A DNA stretch of 63,941 nucleotides, filler included, from Octopus bimaculoides (Eukaryota): assembly GCF_001194135.2 (NCBI RefSeq). It is 6 parts of 6 records of this genome, joined end to end, with 100 filler letters (N's around TTAATTAATTAA, not from the genome) between each part and the next. Parts side by side here need not be neighbours in the genome. Positions count along the whole stretch, not along the records: positions 1 to 22,179 come from NC_069002.1; 5 more parts are not named here. One strand, written 5' to 3'. The position numbers and the translations under genes were made by a program. Below, in pieces: positions 10,368 to 21,895 of this stretch (positions are counted from its first letter, which is position 1; every line of letters starts with the position of its first letter). Below the pieces are notes generated by a model. The model saw only the letters and a program-made list of their open reading frames with translations. It was not told the origin of the DNA and did not search any database.

Positions 10368-13145
10368 TGGGATTAAAAACAAAACCTGGCAAAAGGCAGA
10401 GGAACTTAAAAAGAGTCAATGGCCATCCATTCTGAAAACAGGTAGACAGAACTCATGAGCCTTGGTTGGTAGTCTGTCTAGGAGAAGGAATACTCTGATT
10501 TAAAACTTAGGGTAGATAGGACTCCTTACTCACAGTAGGGACAACCTGTCTCCTGATAGTCAAGCCCAACTCCTTCATGAAATCAACAAAAGTATGAGAA
10601 AAGGCAAGTATCTAGCACTTCCAAATAACCAGTGCTCTGGGTAGGCTATACTCATTAGCCTAGGAGAAGGAACACGCCAAGCCCAAAACCAGCTTATATA
10701 TATAATGAAACTGCAGCTTAAACTTAGGACGACAAGTTACATATGATTCAGCTGAATTTAAACTGGAGATTACGTGTAGAGTATGTTGAAATAAAGCTTG
10801 AAGTAAGGATTACAGGCAAGCTACAATAAAGCAGAACTTAAACTAGACAATAAGCTGTATAAGATGAACAGCTTAAACTGGGAACTACATGCTATCTATG
10901 ATGTAACAAAGCTTAAACTGGAAAGTACAAGTTTCATATGTTGAAACAGGATTTAAACTGATCCACATGCTATACATGATGAAACACAGCTTAAACTAAT
11001 GACTACAGAATCATGTATGTATTGATCAGGTTGTTGGTCTATACAGGTGGGTGGGTTAGGGGTAACATTGCTTACAGCAATGATTTAAACCACCTTGAAG
11101 TAATCTTGCAGCCAGATGAACTAGATCAGGGCAGGTCAGGTATGGAAGTGTGCACTGTTGCAGCTTGTAACTGCATCCACCAATCCTTGATCTCTTCAAA
11201 CAAGAACATAGAACAACAAACTGAAATCTTGTTTTTTTAACATTGTTGTTGTTGGCACTCCGTCGCTTACGACGTCGAGGGTTCCAGTTGATCCTATCAA
11301 CGGAACAGCCTGCTCGTAAAATTAACGTGCAAGTGGCTGAGCACTCCACAGTTCTCGGGGATATTCAGTGTGACACTGAATAGTGTAAGGCATTCTGAGT
11401 GATCCCCCAACAAATCTTACAATCCACAAAAGTAACAAAAACAAAAATACAATAATAAAAGATACCAAAGTCAGTACCAACCTGACGGTCTCGACTAGTA
11501 GAGATATCAGCCCTTCAATGGTATAATAGTCTGAGTAGCGAGCACGGCGCCGGTAGCCCCAGGAATACTTATCAATAGTCATGGCATTCTCCCATTTGTG
11601 ATTTATCAATTTACCTGGATGAACGACATTTAGAAGAAGACAATGGTTTACTGACAATTATCTCCAGTAACAAATTGAACTTTTTTTTAAATTTAAATCT
11701 TAAGTAGAAAACATAATGTTAACAACCAGAATAATGTACTTTCTTTTTCATCAGTTTCCCTCTTCAGTTTTGAAGAAGATTAAGTTAAGCCAAGCTCATG
11801 TCACAGTTTACCTCTTCAACATTGAAGATCAAATTTTGTCAGCTTATTATCATCAAGAATAAAGATTGACTTAATTAGAGTTCATGTCAGTTTATTTCTT
11901 CAATTTTGGTGCTGAAAGCAAGTTCATGTCAAATAAATCAATTCAAACGGAATGCATGTCACAGTTTATTTCATCAACTTTGAACAGATAACAGATATTC
12001 AGTGATCCTGTTATACATGGCCTCAAATCTACTTGATTCAAATCAAGCAGAGTTGAGACTAGTTTAACAGGATTACACACATCAGTTGTTAGTTAATAAC
12101 ATCCAATGCTGGGTTACAATTACTACAATTGTAGTAATTTTCAACAGGCTGGTATCAAAAAGATTGGTCTCTCAACTGCTTAAATGTTACACAAAATGAT
12201 GCTATATGCCTGTTGCTTAAAGAGTTAACATTAAAAACTTTTTCAAGCACCATCTCACCATTTTAGCAGACAAAAACATGTTCCAAGTAACATATAGCTA
12301 TCTTTCTATATATCAGTCATTTGATGTTTTGTACTCACCAGGATTATATCTATCTTGGCATGTGTAAAAGTCTCCATGGTGACAAGAATCTCCAGCTCCC
12401 CATCGGTCATTTACCACAACAGTGTCTTTCACTGGACTGGAAGAGAAAGACAGAGAAATGGAAGAAAATTTTATGTATTGACCAATCACAACGTAAAAGA
12501 TGTACTTGATTGGTATGGAATGGTTGAATTAAGGTGGAATCAGGGATGGTGGTGGAATAGAGCAAGAGAGAAATATGAGAGTGAATTAGAGGCAGGGTGG
12601 AGAGTAACGAGGGGAGGGGGTAAACTAGAGAGTGGAGGAAGATTAAAGAAAGAGGAGAAAATTAAAAAGGAATTTCAGAGTCAATGATTGAGGTAAGAAT
12701 TTGGTTAAAAATGTTTAATTTGAAATATGTGCAGAAATTATTTTCACTTTCAGGACAAAAATGTTATGCCAATGTTGTCATGGAAATAAGAGAAAAATTT
12801 TCCTGAAATTTCTCTAAAACCGAGAATTTCCCACTGCATATTGTTTATCCATCACACCAAAAACAAGTTACATTCCTCGCAATTCCAAACAAATCTAAGC
12901 ACTCAATAGTCCTTGAATGTGGAATCATATCATAAGCTTTCTGACAATCCATTATTTCCAGATATGGATGTTTAATGTTTAAATTTACAGATAACAACAC
13001 TCTATTCACCACAAACAAACATTAACTCCTACAATTCAACAATTTCAAATAATTAATTCCCAGGTTGGCCCATACAACTATGCATACCTTTTTTAATAAT
13101 ACCTTTCCCCATGCCCTTGCATATATTTTTTAATAATAATGATAA

Positions 13146-13177
<32 letters not shown>

Positions 13178-13413
13178 GTATCAGATTTAGCCACAAGGGC
13201 AGCAATTTTTGGTGGGAGGGGATGAGTTGATTACATTGACCCCAGTGTGCAACTGGTACTTATTTTATTGACCCCGAAAGGATGAAAGGCAAAGTCAACC
13301 CTTGCCGGAATAATAATGATAATAATAATAATAATAANNNNNNNNNNCTGGTACTTATTTTATTGACCCCGAAAGGATGAAAGGCAAAGTCAACCCTTGC
13401 CGGAATAATAATG

Positions 13414-13444
<31 letters not shown>

Positions 13445-13449
13445 TAATA

Positions 13450-13488
<39 letters not shown>

Positions 13489-14198
13489 GATTGATTATCA
13501 CAAAGCTTATGATATGATTCCACATTGAAGGATCATCGGGTGCTTAGATTTGTTTGGATTTGCAAGGAATGTAACCTGATTTTCTGAAGAGAAGTATGGT
13601 GGGGTGAAAAACTTGAGTTGACAGCCTATGGACATAGTTTGGGCACCCTTGGCATCAGGAGAGGGATTTTCCAAGACAATGGCTTATCTCCGTTGCTTTT
13701 TGTTCTCTGCATGATCCTGCTGACCTTGGTACTTAGGAAAATGAATCTGAGATATATGCTAAAGGGAAAATCTCAAAGTAAGAAATACAAGATGTTGTGG
13801 GGCTTTAACATTCAGACTGACAGAATGATAGAAGCTAGACGCTCTGATTTAGTAGTGGAAGATAAAGAAGATTGAAAGTGTCAGATGATTGACTTTACAG
13901 TCTCAAATGATGAAAAAATAGCAAAGTACCAGGACCTAGCCATTGAATTACAGAGACTATGGAAAGTTTGGGTAAAATGTATCCCAATAGTTATAGGTGC
14001 ATTGGGAACTATCCCTAAAAATCTGTACAGATGGATAGAGGAAATAGGCATAAAACCCAGTTTAGTACAACTCCAAAAAACAGTGTTATTAGGGACAGCT
14101 AGGATATTTAAGAGGGTTCTTGGCATCTAAGGTTACTTGTTGGAGCCTGATGTTAGGAATTTTTCTTTTCCAACGGTCTAATCTGTTGTGTGTATAAT

Positions 14199-14273
<75 letters not shown>

Positions 14274-15054
14274 CTGTCATTATAGAGCCATGCAATAAAC
14301 TCTGTCGAATTCCAGTATTTATCTGTTGCACCCGCTTCACCATCTGACCAAATTACATCAGGTTTGTAATTCATAACCAGTTCATACAACTCAGGCATAG
14401 TTTTCTCCTAAGGACATATTGAAATACATAGTTATTTAGGACAGGAACACTGAGGACAAAGATGGGCAGACGGACGGACAGACAGTCGGACGTACGGACA
14501 GACGGACACTCACATAAAGATAAAGAATCAAATGAAAAAGTGATTTTTTTAATGCTGTTCAGATTGTCTCTTACGAGAGTGATGCACAATATTTTCCAGA
14601 CGTTCCACAAAATTATTATTATGTGTGTATGTGTGTGTGTGTGCGTGCATACCTATCTATATTATTTAACACACGCACACACACACATGCACGTGCATAC
14701 ACATTAAAAGAGAGGCAGGCTAACAGACAAACAGAGACACAGACACAGATAAGCAGGAATTGGTCTGAACTTACCTGAACAAACTTTTGGGTTGTAAAAT
14801 TGTTGGCTTTGTCTTGTAGAAAGAGGGGGTGGAACCATTCAAAGAGAGAATGGTACAAACCAAAATGGATTGGAGTCTTCTTGATGGCAGCTGCAAGTTC
14901 ACCTGAAGGATGAGGGAGAGAAAAAGAAGTCACCTGTAATTGTTTTGTTAGGTATTGCTGGTGGTTGTGGGGTGTAAGGAGTGATAGGAATAAATATACT
15001 GATGTGAGCATGAAGAATATGCCAATGGGAGTGAGGAATGGGGGGAGCGAAGGG

Positions 15055-15098
<44 letters not shown>

Positions 15099-16664
15099 AC
15101 AACGACGATGGCGACGACGAGGCGGAGGAGGCAGAGGAGGAGGTGGAGGGTAGAGTTGAAGATTTTCAGGAAAATATAAACTAACCAACAAGGTCTCGTT
15201 TTGGCCCCACAGCTTTTGAGTTCCAATTCCAAGAGTGTTTAGATGGCCAGTTGGTGTATCCTTCATGGTGTTTGCTTGTTAGAACAACGTACCTTACAAA
15301 AGAATTTAGAAAAGAAATAATAATTAACCTTTAAACAGCAGAAGAGGGTTGCATAAATGTGTGCCAAACAAGCAAAAAATANNNNNNNNNNNNNNNNNNN
15401 NNNNNNNNNNNNNNNNNNNNNNNNNNNNNNNNNNNNNNNNNNNNNNNNNNNNNNNNNNNNNNNNNNNNNNNNNNNNNNNNNNNNNNNNNNNNNNNNNNNN
15501 NNNNNNNNNNNNNNNNNNNNNNNNNNNNNNNNNNNNNNNNNNNNNNNNNNNNNNNNNNNNNNNNNNNNNNNNNNNNNNNNNNNNNNNNNNNNNNNNNNNN
15601 NNNNNNNNNNNNNNNNNNNNNNNNNNNNNNNNNNNNNNNNNNNNNNNNNNNNNNNNNNNNNNNNNNNNNNNNNNNNNNNNNNNNNNNNNNNNNNNNNNNN
15701 NNNNNNNNNNNNNNNNNNNNNNNNNNNNNNNNNNNNNNNNNNNNNNNNNNNNNNNNNNNNNNNNNNNNCTTTAATTTCAAATAACATCAGATTCTTTAAT
15801 TTACGAGATAAAGTAATTGTATTTCGTGTGCAAGATTCTTGATGTGGATACGTGTGTTGAAAGAAATACAATTAAACCTTGGGAGATGCATTATGCCGGT
15901 AATAAACACACGCACTGGTTCAGTCCTTTATTAATTCATAAACAGTATATAGTTTTTTTATAAATTAATAAAGGCCTGAACCAGTGCCTGTGTTTATTAC
16001 CGGCATAATGCATCTCCCAAGGTTTAATTGTATAAAGTAATTGGTTGATTGTAATCAAAATTCAGAGTTGCATCGATACACCAAAATTGAAAGCAATCTG
16101 AGCAAAATTAAAGGTGGTTCATTTTGCGAATGACTGGGACAAACATCATACTTGTGTTGGATCAGGGGAATAAACAAGAACAGCAACAACAACATTTAAC
16201 AAGACAAACAAAGATAAAACAAAAATAAACAACAACCTGGCACCGGATTTAGTAAATATTTCTGCCCACTGGTTTGGATCGAAAAACTCTGTGGTAAACA
16301 TCGGAGCAAAATCCTGGTAGGTGAAACCTGGCCTGTAATTATCCTTCATAAATTTCACACAACTTGGGTCCCGAGCCCCATCAAGATACCACCAAAACCA
16401 CTCAGAGCGAAAACTGGGCACAGAAAACACACCCCAATGTAGGAAGATGCCGATTTTAGCCTCGTCGTACCATTTTGGTATTGGACGTGTGTCAAGAGAT
16501 TGCCAATCGGGTTTGTATGGACCACTAGAGTCGCTGGTCCGAAATGCTGCAACGTCCCAGGATAAACTTGTTGAAGATAATATAAGAATCAGGAATAATG
16601 TCGATGACGGCCACCAAACAGACACAGTTAACTCCGACGCCATCGTCTTTGTAATGACTTGCAT
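8703..16664 (-). CDS. FUCA1: Complete alpha-L-fucosidase (GH29) gene, copy B; join(16237-16664,15186-15292,14775-14902,14274-14407,12339-12436,11482-11614,9665-9835,8703-8958); 484 aa
   Basis: Eight exons, all GT-AG with matching phases; lengths 428+107+128+134+98+133+171+256 = 1455 bp. Motifs [34 protein letters not shown] (nucleophile Asp), VVNDRWG, KWENAM (acid/base Glu), [10 protein letters not shown]; conserved sequons WNST and QNDT. Confidence 0.96.
9665..9835 (-). CDS. FUCA1: FUCA copy B exon 7
   Basis: ttcttag|C TGT GGA GGA; [53 protein letters not shown]; donor TG|GTAAGA. Confidence 0.95.
9932..10372 (+). mobile_element. tRNA-derived SINE (family Y) in FUCA intron 6
   Basis: A box tggcccagtggttag, B box ggtttcgattccc, (CAA)/(TAA)n tail; homologous copies at 11243-11390 and 61395-61672. 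Confidence 0.8.
10705..11000. repeat. Degenerate ~39-40-bp minisatellite, ~8 units, in FUCA intron 6
   Basis: Recurring gcttaaactgg/atttaaactg core at roughly 34-42-bp spacing. Confidence 0.7.
11243..11390 (-). mobile_element. 3' fragment of SINE family Y, inverted relative to the 9932 copy
   Basis: Reverse complement matches 10165-10325 (cagccacttgcacgttaatt..gagcaggctgttcc..tcaactggaaccctcgacgtc). Confidence 0.85.
11482..11614 (-). CDS. FUCA1: FUCA copy B exon 6
   Basis: catccag|GT AAA TTG; [29 protein letters not shown]; donor AG|GTTGGT. Confidence 0.95.
12339..12436 (-). CDS. FUCA1: FUCA copy B exon 5
   Basis: ctcttccag|T CCA GTG AAA GAC; [34 protein letters not shown]; donor G|GTGAGT. 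Not listed in-frame in the ORF track. Confidence 0.95.
13487..14195 (+). mobile_element. R4/Dong-like RLE LINE remnant, internally deleted, embedded in (TAA)n in FUCA intron 4
   Basis: [13 protein letters not shown] and [17 protein letters not shown] (RT), then [42 protein letters not shown] (RLE); (AAT)n on the left, (CAA)(TAA)n on the right. Confidence 0.88.
14274..14407 (-). CDS. FUCA1: FUCA copy B exon 4 (catalytic nucleophile)
   Basis: ccttag|GAG AAA ACT ATG; [44 protein letters not shown]; donor AG|GTTATT. Confidence 0.95.
14775..14902 (-). CDS. FUCA1: FUCA copy B exon 3
   Basis: ccttcag|GT GAA CTT; [43 protein letters not shown]; donor CAG|GTAAGT. Confidence 0.95.
15186..15292 (-). 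CDS. FUCA1: FUCA copy B exon 2
   Basis: tttgtaag|G TAC GTT GTT CTA; [35 protein letters not shown]; donor G|GTTAGT. Not listed in-frame in the ORF track. Confidence 0.95.
15869..16030. mobile_element. Hairpin MITE (Tc1/pogo type) with TA target duplication, in FUCA intron 1
   Basis: TA|caattaaaccttgggagatgcattatgccggtaataaacac...gtgtttattaccggcataatgcatctcccaaggtttaattg|TA; ~70-bp arms. Confidence 0.85.
16237..16664 (-). CDS. FUCA1: FUCA copy B exon 1
   Basis: 428 bp, signal peptide plus N-terminal barrel; donor AG|GTTGTT; ~94% nt identical to copy A exon 1. Confidence 0.95.
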
Positions 16665-16841
16665 TCAAAATCTAGGTTTTTCTAGTCCAAGTGTATCTGA
16701 CCTTATTTTGCTCACACTTGCTCGCTGAACACTGTACTTACCACTCCTGCGAGAAATACTATTACTACCACTACTACTACTTTGTATTTATATATTATGT
16801 ATTTCTATTAGTGTTACTACTACTAGTACTATCTTTACAAT

Positions 16842-17036
16842 TATTCTATTGTGTCTGGGGAAAATCATTTTCTTTTTTTGTGCCTTATAATTTAACACAC
16901 TCACCGGTAAAATTTCCACTTATTTCTTATTTTTATTTTCCTAAAATTTTCGTTGCATCTTGCAACCTTTAACGGTGAGTGTGTTCAATTATAAGGCACA
17001 AAAAGAAAAATGACTCTCCCCAGACACAACAGAATA
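16842..17036. repeat. Foldback element ~180-370 bp upstream of the copy B ATG
   Basis: tattctattgtgtctgggga..ttgtgccttataatt..acacactcaccg is the near reverse complement of cggtgagtgtgt..aattataaggcacaa..ccccagacacaacagaata. Confidence 0.8.
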
Positions 17037-17139
17037 TGCTTCAACACACGAACTCACATACAGAATCTTGGGAACGAAATCCCAAAACTAAATTTACAAT
17101 TATTGTTTTTCTAAAATGGGTACAAGGCCTAAAATATGG

Positions 17140-17825
17140 ATGGGGTGTATATAATTAAATCAACTCCTGTACTTGACTGCCGCTTTTTTTAACACCACCC
17201 CCACCTTTAGAGATATGAAAGGCAAAGTTGACCAGAGCGAAATTTGAACTCAGAATATAAAGAGCTGTAAGAAATGCCGCTAAGCATTTTCTCCGGTATG
17301 CTAACGATTCCGCCAGCTCGTTGCTTTAATAAATCTTTTTTTTTTATCTTCGCACAAGGCCAGTAATTTCAGGGGTGTGAGTAAGTCGATTACATCGACC
17401 TCAGTGCTCAACTGGTACTATACTATCAGTACTATACTATAGAAAGAAAGGCAAAGTTGACTTTGGCGAAATTTGAACCCAGAACGTAAAGACGGACGAA
17501 ATGCTGCTAACAATTCTGCCCTCTCGCTGCCTTAAAATAAAAATAATCGTTTCTACGACAGGTACAAGGTTTGAAATTTTAGGGGANNNNNNNNNNCAGT
17601 ACTATACTATAGAAAGAAAGGCAAAGTTCACTTTGGCGAAATTTGAACCCAGAACGTAAAGACGGACGAAATGCTGCTAACAATTCTGCCCTCTCGCTGC
17701 CTTAAAATAAAAATAATCGTTTCTACGACAGGTACAAGGTTTGAAATTTTAGGGGAGGGGTTTAGTCGAGTGGTACTTGCTTCATCGAATTCGAAAAGAT
17801 GAAAGACAAAGACCACCTCAAATAA
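17140..17825 (-). mobile_element. Cluster of decayed SINE family X copies (partly duplicated across a 10-N gap)
   Basis: Shares gaaaggcaaagttgac..cggaatttgaac.cagaac with the full copies at 30508-30745 and 39221-39449. Confidence 0.7.
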
Positions 17826-17829
17826 AGCA

Positions 17830-18290
17830 GAAAAGCGGTTGGCTTCGGGTAGGACAGAAGTGATGTGAACATAAGCAAGAGGCTGTGATACAGAATAAAG
17901 ATTACAGAATTTTATGGGATTTCTCCATAAAGACTGACCATACTACCGAAAGCAAGAAGATCAGAAATTATTAGAGAAGACAAAAGAAACAAATAGTGAA
18001 TGAGTATAGACTTTGCAATGCCATATCATAGATGATATAGCAAAGAAACTGAAACAACCGAGAAATATCAGGACCTAGTCAAAGAGTTGAAGTGATTTAG
18101 GGAGATAATTATTCCTCTGGTGATTGCTGCACTTGATACAATACCCAAACTGCTACCTCGGATGCTGAAGGATATTCGAATTGAGACTCGAAAAATGCCA
18201 TCCTGTATCCTTCAAGAATCTAAAGAAAAATTCTTGACATTTGAGGAGACTTGTACCAATCATAGCAACATTCTTACTGAATTAACATGT
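17830..18290 (+). mobile_element. Third R4/Dong-like RLE 3' fragment
   Basis: YRILWDFSIKTDH..IDFAMP..EKYQDLVKEL..IPLVIAALDTIPK in broken frames. Confidence 0.7.
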
Positions 18291-19514
18291 AATAGTTCCC
18301 CCTCCTATCTAATTAAAGGAGACCCGAGCACTTTCATACACACAACAGACTTTAGCTTTCAGTGATCAAATTCACTCACAAGGATTTGGTCAGCCTGAGG
18401 TTAGAGAAGAAGACATATGTCCGAGGTTCGGCGCTGTAGGATTGACCACGAAAACCATGTGTCTGGGAAGCAAACTTCTTATCTACATAGCCAAGCCAAA
18501 GAGAATAATATCTATTGTAGTTTCAAAAGCTTTAAGGCTAGAATACAAGAAACAATCCTTTATAAATAAGTACCGGGAATCTATGACTGACTGTAACCGT
18601 TCCAGGTTGCGCCTCAGCACAGCAGTAGCCTAATGACCGAAATGAGTAAAGTAAGGCAATTTCATAGAGATTTATGGTAAAAATTTACCCCTACTTATCT
18701 ATTAATTCGGAGCGATATACAAGTCTCCAAACAATAACTGCCTAAGGCAGTAAAGATGGACACTTTGGGATCGATTTTTACCATGTTCCCGGCAATAACG
18801 ACAATTAATGGTTTCTAACTTAAGTACAAGGCCAGCAATTTTGAATGGAGGTAGCGGAGGGATTACTCGGTTCCTGACGAGTATTGTGGTTTATCAATCG
18901 ATCCCAGAAGAACAAAAAGCAAAGTTGACCTCAGCGGAATTTGAACTCTAAACGGGAATTTCCGGAAGAACCAACCAATTTCTTTTGTGTTTTTTTTTTG
19001 TTTTTTTTTTACATTTAAATTCAAATTCTAATATAACCGTACTCTATGGTACTTATCTACAAAGGATAGTTTCTTGTATTCTGCGAAGTTAATTGTAGAA
19101 ATTTTTTTTTTAAATATCCATTTTTCTGAAAATTATGAGGAAATAAAGTCGTGGGGGTACACATGTGTAGGTATTCTTCAAGAACTTGATTGTATATGTC
19201 ATTTCTTTACTTAAAATAAAAGCAACAGCAGAGTAAGTACTTGCCGGTTTGGCTGTTATTTTTAGCAAGTCGAGTCAAATGGTTTGATCCTCACCTCCTT
19301 ATGAAAAACTCAGCTGGGAAGGGAATTAAACCTGTTTAACTTTTCAAAGAAATAAGAGTTATGTCCCTTGATCTAGTAGTCCTAAATTTTTTTAATTTAG
19401 CCACCAGTTTTATTCCCGCTTCACTCTTGTGCATTTCCATAACCAACCGATGTTTAAAAAAAATCTTATTGTATTTTGATAATTACATATTTTTTTAAAA
19501 TACCTATTGTCAGT

Positions 19515-19847
19515 GAAGGCGCATGGCTCAGTGGTTAGAACATCAGGTTCAAAATCATAAGGTCGTGAGTTCGATTCCCGGACCTTGCTGTATATTGCGT
19601 TCTTGAGCAAAACACTTTATTTTATGTTGCTCCAGTTCACTCAGCTGTAGACATGAGTTGCGATGTCGCTGGAGCCATGCTGTACTGTCCTTTCCCTTGG
19701 ATAACGTTGGTGGCGTGGAGAGAGGAGGCTTGTATGCATGGACGACTGCTGGTCTTCCATAAACAACCTTACCTGGACTTGTGCCTCGGTGGGTAACTTT
19801 CTAAGTGCAATCCCATGGTCATTCATAACTGAAGAGAGTCTTTACCC
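19515..19847 (+). mobile_element. tRNA-derived SINE (family Z)
   Basis: A box tggctcagtggttag, B box gagttcgattccc, ttcttgagcaaaacactt core; partial copies at 22280-22420 and 52285-52466. Confidence 0.8.
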
Positions 19848-20114
19848 TATTAGGAATTCTATAAAAAAAAATTGTTAAAATATTTTGTTTCTTCATCATT
19901 TTTTTTCCTTGCTTGCATGGATCGGACAGAGTTTATTTGAGTCAGGTTTTCTGCAGCTGGTTCCCCTTCCAGTCACCAACCCTCACCTGTTTCTAAAAGG
20001 TAATATTTCCCTCACATCCAGATATCTTGCAGAATATTGGAACTGACTGGCACTGCTTGTATGACAGTGGCATTCATTTACATCTATAACATGGTGTCAA
20101 GACAAAGAGACACA

Positions 20115-20159
<45 letters not shown>

Positions 20160-20167
20160 ATATATGA

Positions 20168-21290
20168 CATGGCTGTATGGTAAGAGGTTTACTTCCCAAC
20201 CACATGACCTTGGGTTCAGTCCCACTGTGTGGCACCTTGGGCAAGTGTTTTCTACTATAACCTCAGGCCAACCAAAGCCTTGTGAGTGGATTTGGAAGAC
20301 AGAAACTGAAAGAAACCTGTTGTGTATATATGTATATATATATATANNNNNNNNNNNNNNNNNNNNNNNNNNNNNNNNNNNNNNNNNNNNNNNNNNNNNN
20401 NNNNNNNNNNNNNNNNNNNNNNNNNNNNNNNNNNNNNNNNNNNNNNNNNNNNNNNNNNNNNNNNNNNNNNNNNNNNNNNNNNNNNNNNNNNNNNNNNNNN
20501 NNNNNNNNNNNNNNNNNNNNNNNNNNNNNNNNNNNNNNNNNNNNNNNNNNNNNNNNNNNNNNNNNNNNNNNNNNNNNNNNNNNNNNNNNNNNNNNNNNNN
20601 NNNNNNNNNNNNNNNNNNNNNNNNNNTGGGTTCAGTCCCACTGTGTGGCACCTTGGGCAAGTGTTTTCTACTATAACCTCAGGCCAACCAAAGCCTTGTG
20701 AGTGGATTTGGTAGACGGAAACTGAAAGAAGCCCGTCGTATATATGTATATATATGTATGTATGTGTGTGTATATGTTTGTGTGTCTGTGTTTGTCCCCC
20801 CACCATCGCTTGACAACTGATAGAATAAGTACTAGGCTTACAAAGAATAAGTCTTAGGGTCGATTTGCTCGACTAAAGACGGTGCTCCAGCTTGGCCGCA
20901 GTCACATGACTGAAACAAATAAAAGAGTAAAGAGTATATGTGTGTGTGTTTGTGTCTGTATTTATCCCCGTAACTTAGCTGTTCAGCACAAGAGACGACA
21001 GAATAAGCATCAGCCTTAACAAAAGGATAAGTCCTGGGGTTGGTTTATTCCAGGCACTGCTCCAGCATGGCCGCAGTCTAATGACTGAAACAAGTAAAAG
21101 ATAAAAGATATGTACACACACACACACACAACAGTCTTCTTTCAGTTTCCATCTACCAAATCTACTCACAAGGCTTTGTTTGACCTGAGGCTATAATGAA
21201 GACACTTGCCCAAGGTGCCACGCAGTGGGATTGAACTCAGAACCCTGCTGGGAAGTAACCTTACCACATGGCATGTCTGCACCTATTATA
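20168..21290. mobile_element. Cluster of tRNA-headed CORE-like SINEs (family W), both orientations
   Basis: tggctgt.tggtaag, gggttcagtccc, ggcaccttgggcaagtg (CORE-like), tail ..ccagcatggccgcagtc..gactgaaacaagtaaaaga; related pieces at 18360-18490, 25900-26045, 36505-36835 and 63470-63680. Confidence 0.75.
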
Positions 21291-21895
21291 GAAATATAAA
21301 CAATTTATTGCACATAAACTTTAACATCTAACTAAATTCTATGGAAAATGAATGTTCATTAGTAGAGGTGACCTGGGTATTCAGTGCTAACGAGCTGAAA
21401 TAACGGCATAATATCAATGTCTCCCATTCTTGTTCACCTATAGGGCAATTTATTTCATCTGGTTTGTGATATTCAGTGTATATTAGCACTCAACATCCTA
21501 AAAGGACTTATTCCTGGATGAATCTTGCAGGCAATAAGTGCATAAACAAAACAAATACATCAAGTATGTGACAACAGTAAGTCATAAATTTTTGTAACAG
21601 TTATATGTGGGATTTTTTTTTGTTGATATGTTGTACTTTGGTCAAGACATAGATAGATTAAATTTCATTTGTCGGATGTCACATGTGCATAATGGATTGT
21701 TGAGAAGTTCATGGAATAAATGACAGAAGGGAATAGTTGAAATTACCTTTATTTTACTGTTACAATATAAAAAATAACTGCTTTGAGTGTTGATTCGTCT
21801 AATATCTGTTATGCATTTCATAGGTAGTTGTCTTCACCTTTTGTTGACTACTAGGAAACAGACAGATATATATATATATATATATATATTTATAG

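Noticed and set aside
10705-11000. Possible CRISPR-like periodicity (also 3224-3491 and 46560-46910)
   Set aside because: The units are contiguous and diverged, with no unique spacers and no cas genes, and the context is eukaryotic.
13246-13420. Direct duplications flanking 10-N gaps (also 17425-17755) and around the 20347-20625 gap
   Set aside because: Near-identical sequence on both sides of a short gap is the usual sign of unmerged contig overlaps.
15382-15768. Idea that FUCA copy B exon 2 is hidden in this gap
   Set aside because: Exon 2 is present at 15186-15292 and completes the reading frame.
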